From positions 9,100-73,099 of the forward strand of contig CAMWIR010000001.1 in the NCBI GenBank assembly GCA_947174365.1: 64,000 bases of DNA. Reading direction: 5' to 3'. The notes under the pieces are model-generated. The model saw only the letters and a program-made list of their open reading frames with translations. It searched no databases and was not told where the DNA came from. This document shows, in pieces, positions 38,928 to 46,896 of this stretch. How positions within the stretch are numbered: the stretch's first letter is position 1; the number at the start of each line of letters is the position of its first letter. Origin of the DNA: an uncultured Ruminococcus sp. (GTDB taxonomy: Bacteria; Bacillota; Clostridia; Oscillospirales; Ruminococcaceae). The position numbers and the translations under genes are program-made.

Positions 38928-41624
38928 CTATCTGTTTATGTACAGATCGGCTATGTCCTTTTTCCACTCGTCCGCTATGGCTGTGCAGGTATCTATATCG
39001 CAATCCTCGGCGGCGTTTTTGAGATTTGTGAAAAATTCCCCGAATACATTGTCGTATACAAAGCCGTTCATCTTTTCTATTACATCGTCTATCATAAGCG
39101 TGTCAAAATTCTCCAGCGCTTCTTTAAGCTCGTCAAGCATATCCATGATCTCCACAGGATCGGCAGCTCTGTGTATTTCCTTGACCTCCGAATCGGGGAA
39201 CACGGGGGAAAGTATACGCTTATAGTCTTTGTACATCTTCAGCATAGCTCCATGCTTTGCCTTGATAAACTCGGTGTTTTGTTCCTTGCCCGCTTTTTCC
39301 AGTTCAGCTGCCATAGTGGCAAGGTCGTCTGCGCCGATCTGGCGGGAAGTGCTTTTAAGAGAATGTACCTCAATGGTATACTCCGACCACAGCTCGTTTT
39401 TGAAATAATCCTCGATAACAGCCGACTTTTTCTCGATCGTCATATAGTATTCCTTGAGCACAGCCATATAGAGACTTTCGCTGCCAAGAAGATTTACGGC
39501 GCTCTCTATATTGAGACCCTCTATGCGCAAGGGAGCGTTCTCTTTATTTTCCTTTTCAGAGGCTTCCGCCTCGTCCTTATTAATTGGAATAAGCTTTTCA
39601 GACGGCAGCCATTTGCGCACCATGGAGATAATATCCTTGGCGTCCATTGGCTTTGGCAGGAAATCGTTCATACCTTCCCGCAGGAACATTTCCCTTGCTC
39701 CTCCTATGGCATTGGCGGTAAGGGCTATTATGGGGACGTTGGCATATTCGGGCATAAGACGGCGGATTATACGTGTAGTCTCCACGCCGTCCACCTCGGG
39801 CATCATATGATCCATAAATATGATGTCGTACATCATGCCCTTGACCTTTTCAATGGTTTCTCCTGCATTCATGGCTGTGTCCACCCGCATATTGAGCGGG
39901 GCGATAAGCCCTTTGGCTACGGTAAGGTTGACGGAGTTATCGTCAACTATGAGAATATTGGCGTCGGGGGCGGTAAAGGCAAAGTCCTCCTCGCTTTCCG
40001 TTTCCCCATGAGCATATTCGGGGATAAGCCCCATGGCTGCAAACAGGTTCAGGAAATACACGGGCTTTCGGATTATCCTTACATCCTCGGAGGTATCATC
40101 GTGGAAATTGCTGCCGAAATTATCTATGATAATGCACTTTACAGGCTCCTTGCCCGGGTTGAAGAATTTGCTTATTTTATCCGAATAAAGAGTGCGTTCC
40201 ACGATAAGATAATCGTGATATTCCGAGAGGCTGCTTGCCTCCTCCATATCGGTAGCGGCAATGCCTATTCTTTCAAGGTCAATCATTACCTGCTTTTTAA
40301 GGTAGCCGTTGTTGATAAGCACGGCTGTTCTGGGCAGGTTGTTCCTCCGGATATTCATTGCGGATTCGCTCACCAACTGCTGGGGGAGGACAAAGGAGAA
40401 GCAGCTGCCTTTATTGTATTCGCTTTCCACGCTGATATCGCCGTTCATAAGGGAAAGAAGCTGGCGGCATATGGCAAGCCCCAGACCCGTGCCCTCAATA
40501 TTGCGGTTTCGCTTGCTGTCCAGCTGCTGGAATGAGCGGAAAAGCTTGTTCAGATCCTCACGCTTTATGCCGCTGCCCGTGTCGGTAACGGAGACCTTCA
40601 TCATCACCGTATCTCCCCCGAAGGGCACGCACTCCATTTTAAGCACTACCTGTCCTTGCGTGGTGAATTTTACGGCATTGGTGAGCAGGTTCATGATTAT
40701 CTGCTGTATACGGACGTTATCCCCAAGAAGTCTGTGAGGCATATCGGGAGAAATATCCATAATGAATTCGATATTTTTTGAGCCGATACGGGTGCTGATT
40801 ATGCTGGCGATATCGTTGATAAGGCTCAGCGGCTCGTATGTAACGGGCGTTATTTCCATTTTTCCCGATTCTATTTTGGAGAAGTCGAGTATATCGTTGA
40901 TAATTACCAGCAGGCTTTTGGACGCCGATCTGATCTGGTGTATATATTCCCTTGCGGCAGGGGACATTTCCTCCCTCAGCGCCATTTCCGACATACCCAG
41001 AGCCGCATTCATGGGGGTGCGTATCTCGTGGCTCATATTGGCAAGAAAGTCGGATTTTGCACGGGCGATCTTTTCTATTTCAAGGTTGCTCAGATAGAGC
41101 ATATAGCTGTTATAGGCAATATTTGAGAGAATGGCTGCCATGGTGTAGAGGAATTTTGCCGAACGGTCTACGGTCTCCCTGTCGACTATGCGCACCTTGC
41201 AGGCTGCGTCGTAATACTCGCCTATATCTATCCCCAGATCCGATGCGATACGGGCAAACTTGGCAGGGTCGGGGGGATTTGTCAGCACCTGTCCGCCTAT
41301 AAAGCTGCCCACCATTCGCCCGTTGGCTATAATGGGGGCGGCAAAGTCCACCAGTCCTGCATGGCAGGTGTATACGCTGGCTGTGCCCTCGGTCATTGCC
41401 TGCTCTGCTCCCATTTTATCGCAGGCATTGCAGCGCTTGTTTCCTTTAACGGTGCATCGGGTATATTTCATGCAGAAGTCGGTAAAGTTCGAGCCTTTTG
41501 TTACGGCAACTCCGTCCTTATCGGTGGTCAGCGCTGCCATTCCCGTCATTTCGGAAAATGCGTCCTGCAATTGCTGGAGAATGTCAACGTTTATAAGATC
41601 GGTTAATTTGAGCTCAGCATTCAT
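38928..41624 (-). CDS. Cytoplasmic hybrid histidine kinase: PocR-HisKA-HATPase-REC-Hpt
   Basis: PocR domain (LQQLQDAFS..TG, FC...C..CD, YTCHAGLVDFAAPI), FLANMSHEIRTPMN, IFMDHMMP, Hpt VHSLKSTSRQIGA. No TM helix. Confidence 0.92.
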   Translation of the reverse strand: MNAELKLTDLINVDILQQLQDAFSEMTGMAALTTDKDGVAVTKGSNFTDFCMKYTRCTVKGNKRCNACDKMGAEQAMTEGTASVYTCHAGLVDFAAPIIANGRMVGSFIGGQVLTNPPDPAKFARIASDLGIDIGEYYDAACKVRIVDRETVDRSAKFLYTMAAILSNIAYNSYMLYLSNLEIEKIARAKSDFLANMSHEIRTPMNAALGMSEMALREEMSPAAREYIHQIRSASKSLLVIINDILDFSKIESGKMEITPVTYEPLSLINDIASIISTRIGSKNIEFIMDISPDMPHRLLGDNVRIQQIIMNLLTNAVKFTTQGQVVLKMECVPFGGDTVMMKVSVTDTGSGIKREDLNKLFRSFQQLDSKRNRNIEGTGLGLAICRQLLSLMNGDISVESEYNKGSCFSFVLPQQLVSESAMNIRRNNLPRTAVLINNGYLKKQVMIDLERIGIAATDMEEASSLSEYHDYLIVERTLYSDKISKFFNPGKEPVKCIIIDNFGSNFHDDTSEDVRIIRKPVYFLNLFAAMGLIPEYAHGETESEEDFAFTAPDANILIVDDNSVNLTVAKGLIAPLNMRVDTAMNAGETIEKVKGMMYDIIFMDHMMPEVDGVETTRIIRRLMPEYANVPIIALTANAIGGAREMFLREGMNDFLPKPMDAKDIISMVRKWLPSEKLIPINKDEAEASEKENKENAPLRIEGLNIESAVNLLGSESLYMAVLKEYYMTIEKKSAVIEDYFKNELWSEYTIEVHSLKSTSRQIGADDLATMAAELEKAGKEQNTEFIKAKHGAMLKMYKDYKRILSPVFPDSEVKEIHRAADPVEIMDMLDELKEALENFDTLMIDDVIEKMNGFVYDNVFGEFFTNLKNAAEDCDIDTCTAIADEWKKDIADLYINR

Positions 41625-41640
41625 ATATCCGTACTCCTTT

Positions 41641-41681
41641 AGAGGTTAGAAGTTAGAGGTAAGAGGTTAGATTTTATAACC
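41641..41681. repeat. Heptamer tandem element (family A, copy 7, reverse orientation)
   Basis: AGAGGTT AGAAGTT AGAGGTA AGAGGTT AGATTTT; abuts the RBS of the PocR kinase gene. Confidence 0.8.
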
Positions 41682-41774
41682 GCCTGTAACTTATCCTCTT
41701 TAAATAATTTTTATGCCTTGTTTTGTGCATATATACAAATATTTCAAACATCATAACATTTTTGCATAAAGCTA

Positions 41775-41803
41775 TTGACAAGCAAATCAAAATCTGTTAT
41801 AAT
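41775..41803 (+). promoter_or_regulatory. Perfect-consensus sigmaA promoter with no plus-strand ORF, facing the polA 3' end
   Basis: TTGACA agcaaatcaaaatctgt TATAAT. Confidence 0.75.
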
Positions 41804-41903
41804 ATTATTATAGCGAAACACATTTTTGCCTAACGCCCAAGCTCATCACATTGTCTCACTCAAACAGTCAATCAAAATAAAGCAAATCCCGTCCCATCAC
41901 TCT

Positions 41904-41937
41904 CTTCTAACCTCTTACCTCTAACATCTAACCTCTG
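41904..41937. repeat. Heptamer tandem element (family A, copy 8)
   Basis: TCTAACCTCTTACCTCTAACATCTAACCTCT, directly after the polA stop codon. Confidence 0.8.
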
Positions 41938-44511
41938 TCAATGGCATTCGTACCAGCTTTTGCCTGTTTCCACGTCGGCGGCTAAGGGGACGGCGATATT
42001 CGCTGCGGAGCGCATTTCCTCGCCCAGTATTTTTACCGCTGCCGCCGAGTCTTTTTCGGGGACTTCTATGATAAGCTCGTCATGGATCTGTAAAATGAGC
42101 TTTGCGCTTGGCAGCTCCTTTTCAAGTCGGCGGTAGACCTTTACCATAGCCATTTTAATAATGTCTGCGGCTGTGCCCTGGACGGGGGCGTTCATGGCGG
42201 CACGCTGACCGAACGCCTGCAAATTTTTGTTTTTGGCGGCAAGCTCGGGGATATACCGCCGTCTGCCGAACATGGTGCAGCTCCAGCCTTTTTCAGTGGC
42301 GTCCTCAACGGACTTTTCCATAAACTCCTTTACGCCTCTGAAATTGGTGAGGTAGCCGTTTATATACTGCTTTGCCTGCGCCACGGTAACGTCTATATCC
42401 TTAGAGAGAGAAAAGGGACTTATTCCGTAGACTATGCCGAAATTTACCGCCTTGGCAGCCCGCCGCATTTCGGGGGTCACCATATCGGGGGGCAGTCCGA
42501 AAACCTGTGCGGCTGTGGTGGTATGGATATCGCCGCCACTGTTAAAGACTTCCTGCATATTTTTATCGCCGCTGAGGTGGGCGAGGATACGAAGCTCGAT
42601 CTGGCTGTAGTCGGCGTCTGCGAACACCTTGCCCTCGCCGCTTACAAAGAACCGCCGCATATTCCGTCCAAGCTCGGTGCGCACAGGAATATTCTGCAAA
42701 TTCGGCTCGGTGGAGGATATACGCCCTGTGCGGGTCTCGGTCTGCTTATAAACGGTATGGATACGGCCGTCGGGGGAAACGGCTTTAAGAAGCCCCTCCA
42801 CATAGGTGGACTGGAGCTTTGTATACTGCCTGTAGGTGAGCACCATATCTATTATGGGGTCTTTGTCACGAAGCTCTTCGAGAACCTCCGCTCCCGTGGA
42901 ATAGCCTGTTTTGGTTTTTGTCTTTTTGCCGTGGGGCAGCCCCATTTCCTCAAAAAGAACAACGCCCAGCTGTTTGGGAGAGGATATGTTGAACTTATGA
43001 CCTGCACGGAAATATATCTGCTCCTCCAGTCCCTCTATCTCGCCCAAGAGGCTGTTGCCGAATTCTCTTATGCCGTCGGTATCGGGCTTTACGCCGATAT
43101 ATTCCATGGAAGCAAGAACTTCCGTTAGGGGCAGCTCGGTCTCATGATATAATTTGCCCATGCCAAGGCGCTCCACCGCGCTGTCAAGGCGCTCGCAAAG
43201 TCCCGACAGTGCGGCTATATCGCTGTATTCCCCTAAATCTTCATAGACAGGGCAGTTATATTCCGCAGAGAGCATACTTATTCTGTATTCGGCAGCGGAA
43301 GCGTTCAGGAGATAGCCTGCAATATCGGCGTCGCTTATAATGCTGCGGAGCTTTTTGCCCTGCTCAAAGCAATATCTGTAGGCGGGCTTGGCGGCAAAGG
43401 TCACCTTTTCGCATTCGCTTGAAAGGAGATTTAAAATATCCTCGTTGCTGTCGAATTTACAAAGCTTTTCGTCCTGTGCGACATAAAGAGAATTTGCAAG
43501 CAGACCGTCCCCGGGGGTAAAGATAAAGGCAAATTTACGGGCGCTGCGGGTAATGTCCGCCGCTGTCATTTGTTCGATCTTATAGGGGATAGGCTTCATT
43601 TCGGGCAATGCTTCGCTGACGTCCGCAGACTTAGCAGCCTTTGGAAAAAGGCTCAGTTTATCTAAGAGTCTTGTCATTTCAAGCTCCGTTAGAATCTCCG
43701 AAAGCTTTTCCTTGTCGCATTCCGCTGTTTTGTATTGGTTTATATCCCGGTCTATCGGAGCGTTTGTTACGATAGTTGCAAGCCATTTGCTTTCCTTGGC
43801 GGAGTCTGCACCGTCCTCCAGCTTGGCTATGACGGATTTTGTGGCGGTGACCTGCCCTTTGGAGAGCTTTTCGTAAAGCTCTTCTATGGAGGAATATTCC
43901 TTGATAAGACTCATGGCTGTTTTTTCGCCAATGCCTTTAACGCCGCTGATATTGTCGGAGCTGTCGCCCATAAGTCCTTTAAGGTCAATTATCTGTTTTG
44001 GAGAGAGTCCCTGATACATTTCGGCAAATTTCTCGGGAGTGCAGCGGATAAGCTCCTTTGTGCCGTGGAGAAGTACGGTGACGTTATCGGTTATAAGCTG
44101 TAAGCTGTCTCTGTCGCCTGTGAGGATAAAGCATTCATCCCCTGCCTCTTTTTTGCACAAGGAAGCAAGGGTGCCTAAAATATCGTCCGCCTCAAAGCCG
44201 GGGCATTCAAGTACCTTTATGTCCATAGCTTTCAGAATGTCTTTTATAAGGGGCATTTGCATTGCAAGCTCATCGGGCATACCGTGGCGGTTTGCTTTAT
44301 AGCTGACGTTTGCTTTATGCCTGAATGTAGGTTCACGCAGGTCAAAGGCAACCGCAACTCCCTCGGGAGAAATTTCCGAGGATATTTTCATATAGATATT
44401 CATAAAGCCCGTAATGGCGTTGGTGAACACGCCTTTTTTATTGGACAGGGCTTTTATTCCGTAAAAGGCTCGGTTCATTATGCTGTTGCCGTCGATCGCA
44501 AGCAGTTTCAT
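41938..44511 (-). CDS. polA: DNA polymerase I
   Basis: 5' nuclease LLAIDGNS, EADDILGT, GDSSDNISGVKGIG; polymerase motifs DYSQIELR, RRAAKAVNFGIVYG, QIHDEL. Confidence 0.98.
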   Translation of the reverse strand: MKLLAIDGNSIMNRAFYGIKALSNKKGVFTNAITGFMNIYMKISSEISPEGVAVAFDLREPTFRHKANVSYKANRHGMPDELAMQMPLIKDILKAMDIKVLECPGFEADDILGTLASLCKKEAGDECFILTGDRDSLQLITDNVTVLLHGTKELIRCTPEKFAEMYQGLSPKQIIDLKGLMGDSSDNISGVKGIGEKTAMSLIKEYSSIEELYEKLSKGQVTATKSVIAKLEDGADSAKESKWLATIVTNAPIDRDINQYKTAECDKEKLSEILTELEMTRLLDKLSLFPKAAKSADVSEALPEMKPIPYKIEQMTAADITRSARKFAFIFTPGDGLLANSLYVAQDEKLCKFDSNEDILNLLSSECEKVTFAAKPAYRYCFEQGKKLRSIISDADIAGYLLNASAAEYRISMLSAEYNCPVYEDLGEYSDIAALSGLCERLDSAVERLGMGKLYHETELPLTEVLASMEYIGVKPDTDGIREFGNSLLGEIEGLEEQIYFRAGHKFNISSPKQLGVVLFEEMGLPHGKKTKTKTGYSTGAEVLEELRDKDPIIDMVLTYRQYTKLQSTYVEGLLKAVSPDGRIHTVYKQTETRTGRISSTEPNLQNIPVRTELGRNMRRFFVSGEGKVFADADYSQIELRILAHLSGDKNMQEVFNSGGDIHTTTAAQVFGLPPDMVTPEMRRAAKAVNFGIVYGISPFSLSKDIDVTVAQAKQYINGYLTNFRGVKEFMEKSVEDATEKGWSCTMFGRRRYIPELAAKNKNLQAFGQRAAMNAPVQGTAADIIKMAMVKVYRRLEKELPSAKLILQIHDELIIEVPEKDSAAAVKILGEEMRSAANIAVPLAADVETGKSWYECH

Positions 44512-44679
44512 ATTTTTATTTCCTCCCGGCAGTTAATAGTCACAGACTTACAGAATGCCGCTCATTATTAATTTCCTTTTCGGAAAAGTGTTCCCACCGC
44601 TTAAAATTTGAAGTACATTGCATATTCTCACACGCGATTACTGAATTGCATTTTTCCAACAATTTTTCACACCGAAATT

Positions 44680-45174
44680 TTATACTGCAAGCCAAAAATG
44701 TATCAAGCATCCCGATAACAATGCCACAACTGCTCCTAAACCAACACCGATACAAGCACCTCTTACATGGAACATATAATCTTTATATTCTTTTTCCATA
44801 TCTTCCGTGCCGGATATTCTCAGCTTCTTACTGTGACAGAAGATCCCCCAGTCCAGGACAAGCAGATCATAGATATTCACAACGAAAAATAATATAAATA
44901 CATGAACAAAGGTTGTGCCAAAGCTCCTGCATCCTGACAAATAGGCAACGCCGGATAAAACAATCACAAAAAATATCAGCCCAAATATTTTTTTGTATAC
45001 ATGAACTTTTTCCCTTTGCTTAATCGTTCCTTTGTATTGCGGTAATTCTTCCACTCTTTGTCTGATTTTAGGAGGATAAGACATAATCATATTTATAGGA
45101 TCTTTATATTGTGCCGGCAGAATTGCTAATGTTAAAATCAAACAACACACCACGCACTGAATAAATAAAATCAT
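44680..45174 (-). CDS. AT-rich four-TM hypothetical membrane protein
   Basis: Hydrophobic helices, IMSYPPKIRQRV and IYDLLVLDW segments; lower GC than its flanks. Confidence 0.75.
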   Translation of the reverse strand: MILFIQCVVCCLILTLAILPAQYKDPINMIMSYPPKIRQRVEELPQYKGTIKQREKVHVYKKIFGLIFFVIVLSGVAYLSGCRSFGTTFVHVFILFFVVNIYDLLVLDWGIFCHSKKLRISGTEDMEKEYKDYMFHVRGACIGVGLGAVVALLSGCLIHFWLAV

Positions 45175-45370
45175 TTCCTTTGCCTCACACATACTTAAGC
45201 TTTAATTTTCTATTTTCTTGCAAATACCGATTACTTGATTATAAAATAGCTGCCTGCTATTTGAAATGCATATTTACAGGTTCATTTAATATGGGTGCAT
45301 AATTCCGAAAAGGGAGTATTTATATAACGGATTTTGCAGGGAACACAAAGCCTGATCGGGACATTATTTA

Positions 45371-45985
45371 TTAACACTCAATGCCTATTTTACCCATAAA
45401 TTTCTTGATAGTCTGCAGTTCGGGAAAAAAGAGGACGTTAAAGCTTTTTTTGCAGTCAACTATTTCCATGGTATTGTTGATAAAGCAGACAGTATTCGTG
45501 CCTATGTCGTTCTGCGCCATGATCTTTGAAGAGGGGGCTGTGGTGGACTCGGGCACGGATATATCCACCATAAAGCCCGACAGCATGGCAAAGTTATTGG
45601 CGTATGATGCGGCAACGATATTCACCATTTCACGCACCACGGACGCCGCCATTTCGTCAAAATCCGCCTTGCACTTTATGGAAGCCCCGGGGAAATAGGT
45701 CTGCACCAGCCGCTCCACAAAGGCAAAGGGTATGACGAACAGAAGCGAACCTTTCAAATCGCCGCAAAGGGTTATAAGATATGCCTCGGTGCGCCCGCTG
45801 AGCATATCCGCAAGTTTTGCCGCTTCGGCGGCGGAGATTATTTTTACTGTGGGCACGGAAATATCCGTGGGTGCTGTTATCATATCCGAAAGGGCTGTCG
45901 CCGCATTGCCCGCTCCCATATTGCCTATCTCCTGCAAAAAGGATGTGTGCATTTCGGTGAAGTCCGCAAAGCTGTTTACAGACAC
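45371..45985 (-). CDS. cheC: CheC-family protein phosphatase (orphan)
   Basis: Two ExxN...P sites: LQEIGNMGAGNAATALS...SVP and VREMVNIVAASY...SVP; GTG start. Confidence 0.8.
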   Translation of the reverse strand: MSVNSFADFTEMHTSFLQEIGNMGAGNAATALSDMITAPTDISVPTVKIISAAEAAKLADMLSGRTEAYLITLCGDLKGSLLFVIPFAFVERLVQTYFPGASIKCKADFDEMAASVVREMVNIVAASYANNFAMLSGFMVDISVPESTTAPSSKIMAQNDIGTNTVCFINNTMEIVDCKKSFNVLFFPELQTIKKFMGKIGIEC

Positions 45986-46181
45986 TGTTCATACCTCGTT
46001 TCTTTTGTGTTTTTCCCTGTTTTGTTTTTCCCGTACTCTATCTTTATCGTTTTTTCGGGACATACTCATACTTATATTTATTATACCATATTTATCCGTT
46101 TTTTTCCACAATTAATTATAATTTTTTGACAAAAAATTACAATTGGATTTTTGGTTAATTTGACGAAAAAACATACTGCTC

Positions 46182-46850
46182 TTACGGGTTGTAATATCTG
46201 CCCTTTTTGAATGCAAGGATCAATATATCAATTAAGTTGCCTATACCGAATAGTCCGCACGTGCAAAGCCATAGAATGCCTGTGGCGATTTTTCCCTCGT
46301 AAAAGCGGTGCACACCGAACCAACCCAAAAATACGCACAAGGGCAGAGAAATATATTTATCCTTTACCCTGCCGTTCATATTAAAGCCCGCATTTATATT
46401 GCCGCTGTTTATATTATTGTTGCTGTTGTAATAATAGTTGTTGACTACAGGAGCCGAGCCGAACTGCGCTCCTTGAGTGCGGTTTCCGTAGGCGTCCATT
46501 GGAGGCTGCCCCTGCACGCCCCCCTGAATATTCATGGGAATGCCGCTTTGAATATTGCCGCCGTAGCCTTGCTGTGACTGCTGCATTTGCTGTGCTTGCT
46601 GCCTTTGCAGCGCATTGTCCTGCCTGTTGCCGTAGGTTTTTGTGCCGCACTTGCTGCAAAAGGCGTCTCCCGGTTCTATGGGGTTGCCGCAGCGGCTGCA
46701 ATACACAGGTCCGTCGTCCACTACTATATTAAGCTCGGGTGCAGGCTCTTCATAAGTCGTATAGCCTCCCGAATAGCCGCTTTTTCTATATGGCTTATCA
46801 AGACTTACTTTTCCCTGATCGGGATCGTTGGGATTATAAAATTCGCTCAT
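46182..46850 (-). CDS. Zinc-ribbon / Q-N-rich linker / TM2-domain protein
   Basis: CSRCG...FCSKCG, Q/N/G/Y-rich middle, LCVFLGWFGVHRFYEGK TM2 motif. Confidence 0.85.
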   Translation of the reverse strand: MSEFYNPNDPDQGKVSLDKPYRKSGYSGGYTTYEEPAPELNIVVDDGPVYCSRCGNPIEPGDAFCSKCGTKTYGNRQDNALQRQQAQQMQQSQQGYGGNIQSGIPMNIQGGVQGQPPMDAYGNRTQGAQFGSAPVVNNYYYNSNNNINSGNINAGFNMNGRVKDKYISLPLCVFLGWFGVHRFYEGKIATGILWLCTCGLFGIGNLIDILILAFKKGRYYNP

Positions 46851-46896
46851 GGTTTATCCTCCGAAAAAATTGGGGTATTATTTGCCGCTGCCCTCA

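Noticed and set aside
38811-40535. 574-aa plus-strand ORF
   Set aside because: Antisense shadow of the PocR hybrid kinase; no motifs or RBS.
44573-45315. 11-bp inverted repeat CCTTTTCGGAA flanking the AT-rich membrane gene
   Set aside because: Too short, no TSD or transposase; insufficient to call a mobile element.
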